This document shows positions 9,449-18,512 of a stretch of DNA of 37,602 bases, piece by piece. The notes below the pieces were generated by a model, which saw nothing but the letters and a program-made list of their open reading frames with translations, was not told the origin of the DNA and made no database searches. Position numbers and translations under genes: made by a program. The stretch comes from Candidatus Aenigmatarchaeota archaeon (GTDB taxonomy: Archaea > Aenigmatarchaeota > Aenigmatarchaeia > GW2011-AR5): positions 1-37,602 of the forward strand of contig JACQNX010000047.1 in NCBI GenBank assembly GCA_016202875.1. The letters are read 5' to 3'. Position 1 is the first letter of the stretch. Each line of letters opens with the position of its first letter.

Positions 9449-9871
9449 TCACACTTTCTGTATAATGGTTTCAGAAATGGAGAGCAATGACTTGATCCTG
9501 CTTTCTGCTGTTTTTCTCATTATCGGGAATATGTTCTGCAGATAAAACTCTGTGAATAACTCTGTGAAGAAACCGTGCTCCTGGATGCGCGATATAAATG
9601 AGGCAACGATGTCTGCGCGCAGATGGTTGCGGCTGCTGTTCTCTCCTGCAAGATAAAACGTGATTTTCAGGTACGTGTAGCTGTCGAGATGCTGGACGAG
9701 CTCAAAGACGACGTCGCTCCTGTGGAAAGGGCCGTCTGTGGAATAGGAGTTTTCCTTCTCGATTACTTTTCCCCTGCCGGACATGCGGCGCATGAATTCA
9801 AGCGATGTGTAATAAGGGTCTGTGGAGTTTCTGGTTATGGTCTTTGTTACCAGGTTTTCTTCTATCTGCAT
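9449..9871 (-). CDS. Hypothetical protein
   Basis: 140-aa ORF filling the gap in a run of minus-strand genes; no motif recognised. Confidence 0.75.
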   Translation of the reverse strand: MQIEENLVTKTITRNSTDPYYTSLEFMRRMSGRGKVIEKENSYSTDGPFHRSDVVFELVQHLDSYTYLKITFYLAGENSSRNHLRADIVASFISRIQEHGFFTELFTEFYLQNIFPIMRKTAESRIKSLLSISETIIQKV

Positions 9872-9903
9872 GCATGTTAATTCTAAGAGGCGGGATAAAA
9901 AGG

Positions 9904-10326
9904 TTATTTTGCCTTTGTTTCAAAATATATCAATTTGTAGCCGCCATCCACACAACCTAACTTCTGTACCAACCTTTCAGAGGCTGTGTTTTGGAGTCCT
10001 ATGCCAGCATAAACTATAGGTACACCGAATTCTTCAAATTGCTTCAAACATGCTCTTGTTAGACTTTCACCTATGCCCTGATTTCTATAACCCGGATCTA
10101 CAACCAATCTCCCCATATAACCGTAAAAAATCCCACCGTCATCAAAGCCGCTTATGAATCCCACTACTTTGCCATCTCTTTCTTCGACTAGATGATATCT
10201 TCCGAATCTTTCGAGTCCCCTTTTGAATCGTTCTTCGGTAAAAAATTCTGAAGTAGTCATGTTTTCAGATAGCAAGAGTTCTCTCACTCTTTTAAAATCT
10301 TCTGCTCGTGCATTTCTTATCAACAT
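9904..10326 (-). CDS. GNAT family N-acetyltransferase
   Basis: IRNARAED, LVVDPGYRNQGIG (motif A), NTASERLVQKLG (motif B). Start moved to ATG 10326 to avoid overlap with the CBS gene. Confidence 0.9.
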   Translation of the reverse strand: MLIRNARAEDFKRVRELLLSENMTTSEFFTEERFKRGLERFGRYHLVEERDGKVVGFISGFDDGGIFYGYMGRLVVDPGYRNQGIGESLTRACLKQFEEFGVPIVYAGIGLQNTASERLVQKLGCVDGGYKLIYFETKAK

Positions 10327-10357
10327 GCAACAGAAATTAGTAAGTAAATTTAAAAAC

Positions 10358-10882
10358 TTATTCCCTGCACTCGGCGCAGATGTACTCGCCATCCGCTTCT
10401 TCTACGGAATCAGAGTAATTGCCGCAGGACTCGCAGGCGACGAGATTCTCAGGTTCCTCTGGCATGGCTGATGAACCTATTTTCATCCTTTCCAGCAAGA
10501 TCTCGAAGAGCGCCGGCTCTATGCGCAGGATGTCGTTATTTGTTATAATGCCGACAAGCTTGCTGCTGTCGAAAACAAGGATTTTTTCAACCCTCTTGCT
10601 GACCATGAGCTTCGCTGCTTCCTCGATGGTCTTGCCGGGCTCTATTGTGACAAGGTCTGTGGACATAACATCTTTGGCTGTTTCGCCAATTCCGGATGCG
10701 ACGTGTTTGTAAACTATGTCGGATGTTGTGACTATGCCTTTCACATTTTTTTCGCCTGTGACTACTACGGAGCCGATGCGCTCGTCGCGCATGATCTGGG
10801 CTGCTTTTTCTATAGAATCGTCCATGTCCACTTTTTTAATATTCGTTCTCATGACTTCGCCTACAAGAGCTGAAAATCTCAT
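10358..10882 (-). CDS. CBS-pair protein with C-terminal zinc ribbon
   Basis: Two CBS repeats (VGEVM...GIVTTSDI; DVMS...GIITNNDI) followed by CESC...CAEC. Confidence 0.92.
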   Translation of the reverse strand: MRFSALVGEVMRTNIKKVDMDDSIEKAAQIMRDERIGSVVVTGEKNVKGIVTTSDIVYKHVASGIGETAKDVMSTDLVTIEPGKTIEEAAKLMVSKRVEKILVFDSSKLVGIITNNDILRIEPALFEILLERMKIGSSAMPEEPENLVACESCGNYSDSVEEADGEYICAECRE

Positions 10883-10918
10883 AGCAGTTATTTATCTGTC
10901 CAAGGATAAAAAGGTGAT

Positions 10919-11296
10919 ATGCTTCGCAGTTATAGGAAAGGTTATGTTGCCGAACTTAGCTTGGTACATATACTTTCTCAAAATGGTTTTATGGTCATCA
11001 GAACGCCTCGCAGCGGAAGAATCAATCTCGCAAGCCCGGACATCATTGCGGCAAAAAACGGCAAGCTAATCGTCATTGAGTGCAAATCGCGTGCAGAGGC
11101 GTTCACTGTCGAAAAGGGGCAACTGCAAGAACTCAGGGAATGGCAGGATAAGGCAGGGGCACTTCCCTATATCGGATGGAAGATTGCGCGCAAGGGGTGG
11201 ACGTTTCTGCACCTTAAGGACGTGGAAGATAACAGGGGGAATGTCGGGAAGAAATTTGCTCTGGAGAAGGGGATGACACTGGAGAAGATCTTGTGA
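10919..11296 (+). CDS. hjc: Archaeal Holliday junction resolvase Hjc
   Basis: KGYVAE..L...GFMVIRTPRSG...PDIIA...IECKS, a PD-(D/E)xK pattern; AGGTGA RBS. Confidence 0.88.
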   Translation: MLRSYRKGYVAELSLVHILSQNGFMVIRTPRSGRINLASPDIIAAKNGKLIVIECKSRAEAFTVEKGQLQELREWQDKAGALPYIGWKIARKGWTFLHLKDVEDNRGNVGKKFALEKGMTLEKIL

Positions 11297-11384
11297 GACG
11301 ATATTGACTTATTGCCATCTCCCACCCAGACGGAAGGCGCGCGAAATACAAATATTAATAAATTACTTTCTCTATAACTATATC

Positions 11385-11681
11385 ATGAAGAAAACATATT
11401 GGATGGTTGGGATTGTTGTTTTTATAATTGCCTCCGCATTAGTATATTTCTATTATTATTCTCAGCAAACTAATAAAACAAAATGTGAATTTATGAATTC
11501 AGAAAATTGTGATAAATCTTGCAAAATTGATGCAGATTGTAAGCCGTCATTTGGTTTTTGTGCCAATATAAACGAAGAGGTTTATCTCCCTACAAATGTA
11601 TTTCCTGCATACGAAATAGTTACTTGTAAATGTGAAAATAATAAATGCGTTGGCATTCCTACTGGAAGGGCAGCAATATAG
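11385..11681 (+). CDS. Membrane-anchored small protein with eight cysteines
   Basis: MKK plus hydrophobic signal anchor, then C..C..CKIDADC..C..CKC..C (8 Cys); AT-rich. ATG 11385 preferred. Confidence 0.75.
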   Translation: MKKTYWMVGIVVFIIASALVYFYYYSQQTNKTKCEFMNSENCDKSCKIDADCKPSFGFCANINEEVYLPTNVFPAYEIVTCKCENNKCVGIPTGRAAI

Positions 11682-11768
11682 ATGCACCCCTTAAACTTAT
11701 CGCAAATGGCAAAATCACGACGCCTTTATAAAGTTTTTTTCTGAATGCAGATTCTAAGAATGATGCAT

Positions 11769-13025
11769 ATGAACAGCGCAATACCCAGATTTTATGAGAT
11801 GCCACTGGACCGGAGACTGAAAACTGTCCAAGAATTTTCTGGTCTGGATGATAATGAAATTGCACTGCTGAAACAGGAATGTGCTCTGGACAACAGCATA
11901 GCAGAAATCATGATAGAGAATGTTATAGGAACAACGCATTTGCCTGTTGGCATAGCGACATATTTTCTTATTAATGACAAAGATTATCTCATACCGATGG
12001 CAATTGAAGAGCCTTCTGTGGTAGCGGCGGCGTCGCATGCTGCCAAACTTGCGCGCCTTTCCGGCGGATTCAAGGCAAAGAGCACTACGCCTGTAATGAC
12101 AGGGCAAGTACAGATAAAAAATGTACATGATTTTGATATAGCTGAGGAAACTATTCTGAAAAGCATAGACAGCATTAAAGCTCTGGCAAACAAACAGGAC
12201 TCCACGCTTGTGAAAAGGGGTGGCGGACTTGTTTCTGCGGAATGCCGAAAATTAGAAACGGAAAGGGGCGACATGCTTGTTGTTCATCTTAACATAGATG
12301 TCAGGGATGCGATGGGCGCGAATGCTGTGAATACAATGTGTGAAAGTGTTGCTCCATACCTCGAAGAACTAACAGGCGGCATTGCTTCAATGAAGATCAT
12401 CTCGAACCTTGCGGCACAGAGGCTTGTCACTGCGGAGGCTGTATGGAAAAAGAATGAGCTGGGGGAAGAACTGATAGAGGGCATTTTAGATGCGTATGCA
12501 TTCGCCAAAGCGGACCCTTACAGGGCAGCGACGAACAACAAAGGTATAATGAACGGCATTGATGCTGTGCTCATAGCAGCAGGGAATGACTTCCGCGCTG
12601 TAGAATCAGGCGCACATTCTTATGCCTGCATGTCTGGAAGGTACCAGCCGCTCGCACACTACAGAAAAAACGAAAATGGAGATCTTGTGGGGAGGATAGA
12701 ACTTCCCATGGCTGTTGGTATTGTGGGTGGGGCAACAAAAACAAATCCCATTGCGCGTATTGCCTTGAAAATTCTTGGTGTGAGAAGTGCTAATGAGCTT
12801 GGTGAAATATCTGCGTGCGCCGGGCTGGCAAACAACTTCGCTGCTGTGCGGGCTATTGTGAAAGAAGGAATCCAGCATGGTCACATGAAGTTGCATGCAA
12901 AGAATATTGCGATTATTGCTGGCGCGCAGGGCGATAAGGTACATCAACTTGCAGAAAGGATGATAAGAGAAAAAATGGTCAGTGTGTCACGGGCTGAAGA
13001 GCTGCTGAAAGAGATGGGACACTAG
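11769..13025 (+). CDS. mvaA: HMG-CoA reductase, class II
   Basis: ENVIG, EEPSVVAA, DAMGANAVN, ATNNKGIMNG, GNDFRA, GHMKLH class II motifs. Start uncertain (11745-11769). Confidence 0.94.
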   Translation: MNSAIPRFYEMPLDRRLKTVQEFSGLDDNEIALLKQECALDNSIAEIMIENVIGTTHLPVGIATYFLINDKDYLIPMAIEEPSVVAAASHAAKLARLSGGFKAKSTTPVMTGQVQIKNVHDFDIAEETILKSIDSIKALANKQDSTLVKRGGGLVSAECRKLETERGDMLVVHLNIDVRDAMGANAVNTMCESVAPYLEELTGGIASMKIISNLAAQRLVTAEAVWKKNELGEELIEGILDAYAFAKADPYRAATNNKGIMNGIDAVLIAAGNDFRAVESGAHSYACMSGRYQPLAHYRKNENGDLVGRIELPMAVGIVGGATKTNPIARIALKILGVRSANELGEISACAGLANNFAAVRAIVKEGIQHGHMKLHAKNIAIIAGAQGDKVHQLAERMIREKMVSVSRAEELLKEMGH

Positions 13026-13141
13026 TTTACTGCAGGGCTCGTAGCTGTGCTTGGCTGCCTGCTTGGTTGACCCTAAAACAGCCCTAGAACTAGCGTTTTC
13101 TGCAGGAAAAGGCACTTCCAAGCACAATGCCGCACAAATGA

Positions 13142-14089
13142 CTAAGTTCTGTGCAAGGCCAAAAATTCTTTCGTTTGCCTGAAGAATTCTTTTAGCGTGA
13201 ATTCTGCAAGTTTTTTTGGTGCATCTTTCTCAACCGAGTCAATCAAGGACTGAAAATAGCGCTCTTTTTTTGCCGAAATGTTAAGTAACGGAAATCCCTC
13301 ATCCAGCAAAGTCTTATTCAATATCAGTCTGCATATTCGCTTGTTTCCGTCAAGAAATGGATGCGCTTTGTAAAGATTATAATGTGCTAAAGCCGCCTTT
13401 TCAATTGGATTCAGTCTTGTCAATTTATACCACTCAACAAACCCATCAATCAACCTGTTCAGTCTAGTATAATGCGGCGGTCTGTAAGCGATTTCTTTTC
13501 CAAGAGGATTTTTGGTATCCTGCATGTGCAAATAGACTTGTTGCTTCCTTAGTTTACCTGGAGTTTTTTCTTCAAAGCTTGCCATTATTGTCTTATGCAA
13601 ATCGAGCAAATATTTTTTGTCAAGTATATGGTTTTCTTTTATTGATTCGACAGCTTCTAGCATGTTTTTGCTGATCTGTTCGCGCGTGTTTAAATGCCTG
13701 TTTTTTCCAAAAGCGTTCTGGACATCTCTAAGGCTGACACTAACGTCCTCTGTTGTAAGTGTGGTCAGAGTAAAAAGAATTGTACTGTCAACTTCGTACT
13801 TTCGCTTTCGGGCGCCCGAAAGGGAGGCGAATATATTGTTAAAAGCGTCGCGAAAAAGCAACGCTTTTATCAGGTCGTCTTTTGAAATCAATTTGTTGTC
13901 ATAATGCTTTCCTGCTAATTTTGATATTATTTTCGATTTGAATGGATCTTCTATTTTTGCTACTTCACTTTGCAATGGTTTTTTCGTACCTATATATTTG
14001 CTGAATGTCTTTGACTTGTTCGAAACGAAATAGCTTAGGTCGAGGTAGTAGTATTTTTTCCCGCTAATGGTTTTTGTCCTCAGTGCCAT
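13142..14089 (-). CDS. Fic family protein with an N-terminal beta-sheet putative DNA-binding domain
   Basis: HPFLDGNKRICR Fic motif; N-terminus RTKTISGKKYYYL...FSKYIG. Confidence 0.88.
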   Translation of the reverse strand: MALRTKTISGKKYYYLDLSYFVSNKSKTFSKYIGTKKPLQSEVAKIEDPFKSKIISKLAGKHYDNKLISKDDLIKALLFRDAFNNIFASLSGARKRKYEVDSTILFTLTTLTTEDVSVSLRDVQNAFGKNRHLNTREQISKNMLEAVESIKENHILDKKYLLDLHKTIMASFEEKTPGKLRKQQVYLHMQDTKNPLGKEIAYRPPHYTRLNRLIDGFVEWYKLTRLNPIEKAALAHYNLYKAHPFLDGNKRICRLILNKTLLDEGFPLLNISAKKERYFQSLIDSVEKDAPKKLAEFTLKEFFRQTKEFLALHRT

Positions 14090-14095
14090 GCTCTA

Positions 14096-14180
14096 TTTAG
14101 GCTGATAAAAATATTTAAAACTATCAGCCTAAATTTTCTGTTGATTAGGCTGATAAAAGCCTCCAAGGTTATCGGCATAA
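14096..14180. promoter_or_regulatory. Two tandem inverted-repeat operators over the fic promoter
   Basis: TTTAGGCTGATA-N14-TATCAGCCTAAA (14096-14133, perfect arms) and TTAGGCTGATA-N14-TATCGGCATAA (14145-14180, 2 mismatches). The minus-strand TATA box TTTAAATA (14112-14119) lies in the first spacer. Confidence 0.75.
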
Positions 14181-14310
14181 ACGTATTCGTTGGATCAGTC
14201 AGTACCTCCGAAAGTGACCCGCAGCTGTGCTTGCTTATGGATTTGGCTCTTTGCAGGATAATCGTGGGCTATTAGTGGTTGAATCATAATTAGCAGAATT
14301 CGGTACCTGA

Positions 14311-14643
14311 TTATTCTTTTATGACCCTGCAAATAGAATTTTCAACTTCCGTTATCTTTTCTTTTTTGATCTTGCCTGCTCTGTATAGAATTAGACCCAG
14401 ATCGGCGGTAAATATCTTTCTTGGCCTTACATAGCTTGTTATTTTTAGTTTGCCTTCTCGAAAGTCTTTATATCTTAGCTCGATGGTTTCTGCGCCTTTT
14501 TTTGCTTTGCTTGTTATCTGGCACAGGATTACGTCTCCATATTCTCCTTTTGCTACAACGGCAGCAGGCCGCCTTTTGCTTGCCGAAAGGTCTGAGAAAG
14601 GAAAAGGCAAGACAACAACATCGCCTTTTACAAATCCTTCCAT
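14311..14643 (-). CDS. mazF: Type II toxin, PemK/MazF family endoribonuclease
   Basis: KGDVVVLPFPFSDLSASKRRPA...CQITS...L..TSYVR pattern; overlaps the antitoxin stop. Confidence 0.92.
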   Translation of the reverse strand: MEGFVKGDVVVLPFPFSDLSASKRRPAAVVAKGEYGDVILCQITSKAKKGAETIELRYKDFREGKLKITSYVRPRKIFTADLGLILYRAGKIKKEKITEVENSICRVIKE

Positions 14644-14876
14644 GCTTCATCTTCCTCTTTTGTGCTCCAGCTCTTTGCAAGAGCCTTTTCGCTGAGCAAA
14701 GCAGCGATGCGGCCGCTTTTTATGCTCTTTAGCGGCCTCAATTCTATACGGTCATCAAAAGCCAGCACAGCTATTTTAGAGCCTTCTTTGAACCCCTCTA
14801 GATCTCTTATGTCCTTGGGTATGGCTATCTGTCCCTTTTCTGTTATCTTTGCGGTCTTCACTTCTATGAGTCCCAT
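14628..14876 (-). CDS. AbrB/MazE family antitoxin
   Basis: AKITEKGQIAIPKDIR..G..EG swapped-hairpin motif and C-terminal W..KEEDEAWKDL; AAGGTGAA RBS before ATG 14876. Confidence 0.9.
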   Translation of the reverse strand: MGLIEVKTAKITEKGQIAIPKDIRDLEGFKEGSKIAVLAFDDRIELRPLKSIKSGRIAALLSEKALAKSWSTKEEDEAWKDL

Positions 14877-14885
14877 CTTATTCAC

Positions 14886-14918
14886 CTTACAAGTAAGATA
14901 TGTAAGAAAGTATATAAA
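14886..14918 (-). promoter_or_regulatory. Toxin-antitoxin promoter with CTTAC/GTAAG operator repeats
   Basis: CTTAC-AA-GTAAG (14886-14897), a further GTAAG (14902-14906), and minus-strand TATA box TTTATATA (14911-14918). Confidence 0.55.
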
Positions 14919-14947
14919 GATTATTGTGTAAAGAAATACAACACATG

Positions 14948-14971
14948 GGGCCCGTCATCTCGTTATGGTGG
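14948..14971 (+). repeat. 24-bp direct repeat, copy 1 (GGGCCCGTCATCTCGTTATGGTGG)
   Basis: Identical to 15587-15610. Confidence 0.9.
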
Positions 14972-15084
14972 CCAGTTAAGTTAATTACGCATGTAATGGT
15001 TGCGTGCTGTCTATTGTTTTTCAGGCCCGACGCTATCCTTAAATAGTAGCAACTATATAGTAGTAAATAATCTTGGGTGATTGT

Positions 15085-15528
15085 ATGTCTGATGACCAAC
15101 ATTTTGGGCACGTAGTTGTCATGAGAATTGAAAACGACTGGCTTATTCCAGATGTAGTAGGAGATACTTTTGTGAGCGGCGAAATGCCAAAATTTCTTAG
15201 TTCGTATGCACGCATCGGAGAAAGTCGTACCAATTTCTATTACCTTATAAGAGAATTTGGTGCCCCAAATCCGACCGCTAGTAAATTTCTCATTCACGGT
15301 CTGGCAACCCCCTGTAAGATAAGTGACGTCGCGCTTCATGTACCCGAAGGGCAAGAACCCAACTCGCATATAACAGACTCTAGGGGCAGGAAATTTTATC
15401 GAAGAGAACTTGTAAGACTGAGCGACGGAAGTCAATTGGCAGGTGTTTATATTCCAGAAGACTTTATTCAAGAATATGCTACGAAATGTGCTCTACCTCG
15501 TGCTGTCCAAGGTAAAAATTCTGAATAG
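15085..15528 (+). CDS. Hypothetical protein between 24-bp direct repeats
   Basis: 147-aa ORF with GGTGA RBS (15076-15080) before ATG 15085; no family recognised. Confidence 0.72.
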   Translation: MSDDQHFGHVVVMRIENDWLIPDVVGDTFVSGEMPKFLSSYARIGESRTNFYYLIREFGAPNPTASKFLIHGLATPCKISDVALHVPEGQEPNSHITDSRGRKFYRRELVRLSDGSQLAGVYIPEDFIQEYATKCALPRAVQGKNSE

Positions 15529-15586
15529 TTGGGCATTTGCAAACTTTTTCTTTATAAATTTAATATAGGAATACTTGTTATTTACT

Positions 15587-15610
15587 GGGCCCGTCATCTC
15601 GTTATGGTGG
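15587..15610 (+). repeat. 24-bp direct repeat, copy 2
   Basis: Identical to 14948-14971; lies 3 nt beyond the stop codon of the SpoIIM-like gene. Confidence 0.9.
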
Positions 15611-15613
15611 TGT

Positions 15614-16432
15614 CTAGAAAACTGCTTCCGTGTAAGCTGCTGCCACGATCAGCATTTCTGCTGCGAGCAAGAGGACAAGAGAGTCGAAGAGGATCTTGTT
15701 GAACTCTCTGCTGCCTGCTTTTTCACGCAGGATTCCTACAGAGAGGATGCCGCCTGCGAGGCCTGCGATGAAATACGCTACTATCTCAGGGATGCCGTGC
15801 AGCGCGATTGAGCCTAAGCCTACCGGCACGCCGTAGAGATAAGCAATAGGGCTTGAGAGTCCTGATTCTATAAAAGACCTGATCAGAAGGCCCACATAAA
15901 CTGCTATCACAGAGGCGTTCCATGCCAGAATAAACACTGCTCCTGCGCCGAATGCCACGGACAGGACAAACATCAGGACCATGACCTGTGTATTGTTGAG
16001 GAGAAAGCGAACAAAATCTGCATTCTCTGTGGTGCTGGCAGTAATGTAGGAAAAGCTCTTCAGGGTCTCTGTTTGCAGTGAGAAAGCAGGCTCTGCGTCT
16101 GCATAGAAAATAAACAGGAAGCTCATTGCTATTATTATGCCCAGAAAGAATGCGGAAAAAGAATATATGAGTTTCTGATGCCTGGCAAACAAATTGCCTT
16201 GCATTTTTCTTTCTGCTGCCTGGTCTTCCTTTTCCTCCTCAATTTCAAAGAGCTTCTGGAAGAACGGGACGAAAATGATGGTAAGGAATGCGACAGACAA
16301 AATTGAAGACTGTTCTGGGAAAATGCTCACTGAGAAAAGAACAGAAATGAGTGTGTAGATGAATGCCACGAGAAATATTTCCCAGGGCCTGTCTTCTGCC
16401 TGTTTGGGGTTGAGAATAGATTCAAGCACCAT
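15614..16432 (-). CDS. SpoIIM/DUF95 family integral membrane protein
   Basis: Multiple TM segments, FLLNN, ILAWNASVI, LHGIPEIVAYFIAG. Confidence 0.85.
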   Translation of the reverse strand: MVLESILNPKQAEDRPWEIFLVAFIYTLISVLFSVSIFPEQSSILSVAFLTIIFVPFFQKLFEIEEEKEDQAAERKMQGNLFARHQKLIYSFSAFFLGIIIAMSFLFIFYADAEPAFSLQTETLKSFSYITASTTENADFVRFLLNNTQVMVLMFVLSVAFGAGAVFILAWNASVIAVYVGLLIRSFIESGLSSPIAYLYGVPVGLGSIALHGIPEIVAYFIAGLAGGILSVGILREKAGSREFNKILFDSLVLLLAAEMLIVAAAYTEAVF

Positions 16433-16547
16433 AGAAAGTTATTGGAAGAAGCGGGCTATAAAGATTACATGCAGAACGATGTTAATTTGAACTTGCCATA
16501 ACCTGAAGAGCGAACCCTTTAAGTTCTTTTCTGCGACATTCTTTCAG

Positions 16548-17585
16548 ATGGCGATAGGCATTGCCGGGTACGGGGCTTACATTCCGCGCTTCAGGATCAA
16601 GGTTGAGGAGATTGCCAAAGTATGGGGCATGGACGCTAACGCAATAAAAGATGGGCTGCTTGTTGAGGAGAAGAGCGTCCCAGATCAGGATGAGGACACG
16701 ATAACAATAAGTGTGGAGGCTGCGCGGAATGCTCTTGCGAGGGCTGGCATAGAGCCGAAACTCATTGGTGCTGTTTTTGTTGGGAGCGAGTCACATCCGT
16801 ATGCCGTAAAGCCTTCTGGAACAGTTGTGGCAGAAGCGCTTGGGATTGGGACAAATTACACTACTGTAGATACAGAGTTTGCGTGCAGGGCTGGGACAAC
16901 TTCCATGTACATCTGCTATGGTTTAGTGAAAGCTGGCGAGATAAAACATGGCTTGGCTATCGGAGCAGACACTGCTCAGGGGCAGCCAGGCGATGCACTT
17001 GAGTACACAGCTGCTGCAGGCGGAGCTGCTTTTATTGTTGGGCAAGAACCGCTGGCAGAGATAGAAGCATATTTTTCATTTACATCGGATACACCAGATT
17101 TCTGGAGACGTGAGGGGCAGGACTATCCTAAACATGGCGCGCGATTCACAGGTGAGCCTGCTTATTTCAGGCATGTCGTAAGCGCGACAAAGGGGTTGAT
17201 GGAAAAGACAGGACTAAGGCAGCAGGATTTCAACCATGTTGTGTTTCATATGCCTAATGGGAAATTCCCGGTGCGGGCTGCAAAGCTGCTTGGGTTTGAT
17301 ACAAGGGCACTAGAACATGGGCTTATTGTTTCAAAAGTAGGCAATACATATTCTGGCTCCTCACTTCTTGGTCTTACCAGTGTCCTGGACAATGCGAAAC
17401 CTGGCGAGCGCATCCTAGTGACATCTTTTGGCAGTGGTGCGGGGTCAGATTCATTTTCTTTTGTTGTGACAGACAAAATTCTGGAAAGGCGTGACAAAGC
17501 ACCAAAAACAGAAGACTATATCAAACAGCGGAGCTATGTTGATTACGGGATTTACGCAAAGCTGAGGGGGAAACTGAAGGTGTGA
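16548..17585 (+). CDS. Archaeal HMG-CoA synthase
   Basis: [18 protein letters not shown] (catalytic Cys), [33 protein letters not shown]. Confidence 0.96.
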   Translation: MAIGIAGYGAYIPRFRIKVEEIAKVWGMDANAIKDGLLVEEKSVPDQDEDTITISVEAARNALARAGIEPKLIGAVFVGSESHPYAVKPSGTVVAEALGIGTNYTTVDTEFACRAGTTSMYICYGLVKAGEIKHGLAIGADTAQGQPGDALEYTAAAGGAAFIVGQEPLAEIEAYFSFTSDTPDFWRREGQDYPKHGARFTGEPAYFRHVVSATKGLMEKTGLRQQDFNHVVFHMPNGKFPVRAAKLLGFDTRALEHGLIVSKVGNTYSGSSLLGLTSVLDNAKPGERILVTSFGSGAGSDSFSFVVTDKILERRDKAPKTEDYIKQRSYVDYGIYAKLRGKLKV

Positions 17586-17588
17586 AGA

Positions 17589-17888
17589 ATGGCTGTTAGC
17601 AGAACAAATATATTTGATGAAAAAAGGGTGGCGGTGGCCAGTAAGGGCTACAAAAATATGGAGCGTGCATTATTGTCCGCAGGCATGTCTTATCCAACAA
17701 TAACAAATATCATGTCGGAAGTGCGTGGGCAGACTATGGTAACGTGCACGTTTGAGGAAGATGAAAATCCTGTGATAAGAGAGATAACGTTTGAGAAGAG
17801 AGATCAAATCGGTTCAGCTAACCTGTTCGCTGTCGGCATCAGTTACTATGGTGAAAGGCGGCCTGAAGTTTACGAGGTTGTGATATGA
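17589..17888 (+). CDS. Hypothetical protein, paralog A1
   Basis: 99-aa ORF 3 nt after the HMGS stop; aligns by eye with 18103..18393. Confidence 0.78.
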   Translation: MAVSRTNIFDEKRVAVASKGYKNMERALLSAGMSYPTITNIMSEVRGQTMVTCTFEEDENPVIREITFEKRDQIGSANLFAVGISYYGERRPEVYEVVI

Positions 17889-18085
17889 CGGCTGAGCTGA
17901 CTGTGCACGAAATTTCGTTTATTGGAAAAATAGTTGAAGGGGGGAAATTCTCTGAACAAGAAATAGGTGAATCGTTGCGGCAGAAAGGGTATGTAGAGCT
18001 GAGAGATGGTTTTTATGCCCTGACAAAAAACGGGCAGGATATTGTAAATCTTATACTGGCTGAAACTCCGGAGTACGTGATGTGA
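17885..18085 (+). CDS. Small hypothetical protein B1, possibly winged-helix-like
   Basis: ATGA overlap with the upstream gene; LRQKGYVELRDGFYALTKNG resembles a wHTH wing (L..kGyv......y.LT.kG). Confidence 0.7.
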   Translation: MTAELTVHEISFIGKIVEGGKFSEQEIGESLRQKGYVELRDGFYALTKNGQDIVNLILAETPEYVM

Positions 18086-18102
18086 AAATATGAGGTGTAA
18101 CA

Positions 18103-18393
18103 ATGGGAGAGGTAGCCCGCACAAGAAAGTTTGAGGAACGGACACGCAACGCACTTTATGATGAAATGGTAGGGGCATTGCAAGATGGTGGTATTGATTA
18201 TGAAACTATTTACGATATGCTGGAAGAGTTTTATGGGTTGGGTAAACGGGAAGCAGGTTACGCATTTGATGATGAAGATTATTCAGGTACTATAGAAGAG
18301 GTTCGTTTGGAAAGAGTTGAGGAACAGGCTGCAGATGTTACAATTTATTATCGCAATGGAACAAACAGAAAATTTATTGGTGTTAAATTATGA
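18103..18393 (+). CDS. Hypothetical protein, paralog A2
   Basis: 96-aa ORF with GAGGTG RBS; aligns by eye with 17589..17888. Confidence 0.78.
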   Translation: MGEVARTRKFEERTRNALYDEMVGALQDGGIDYETIYDMLEEFYGLGKREAGYAFDDEDYSGTIEEVRLERVEEQAADVTIYYRNGTNRKFIGVKL

Positions 18394-18476
18394 GAAATGT
18401 AGCTGTTATTGGAAAAATAGTTGGATGGAAGAAACTGCCTGAACAAAAACAGGCAGGAAAATGTATGGATCAGTGA
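18390..18476 (+). pseudogene. Truncated relic paralog of B1 (28 codons)
   Basis: MRNVAVIGKIVGWKKLPEQKQAGKCMDQ*; shares TTATTGGAAAAATAGTTG and downstream near-identity with 17919-17960; same ATGA coupling as A1-B1. Confidence 0.55.
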
Positions 18477-18512
18477 TAGAATATAGGAAAATAGAAGTTT
18501 AAGGTGCTTAAA

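Noticed and set aside
14948-15040. GGGCCCGT (and GGGCTCGTAGCT at 13035) resemble tRNA 5' ends
   Set aside because: No D arm, TTCRA T-loop or acceptor-stem complement follows; no cloverleaf could be built.
14887-15471. 194-aa minus-strand ORF
   Set aside because: Antisense to the RBS-bearing 15085..15528 gene, runs through the TA promoter, and has no protein-like motif.
14948-15610. 24-bp repeats as a CRISPR array
   Set aside because: Only two copies, 615 bp apart with a gene between them, and no cas genes.
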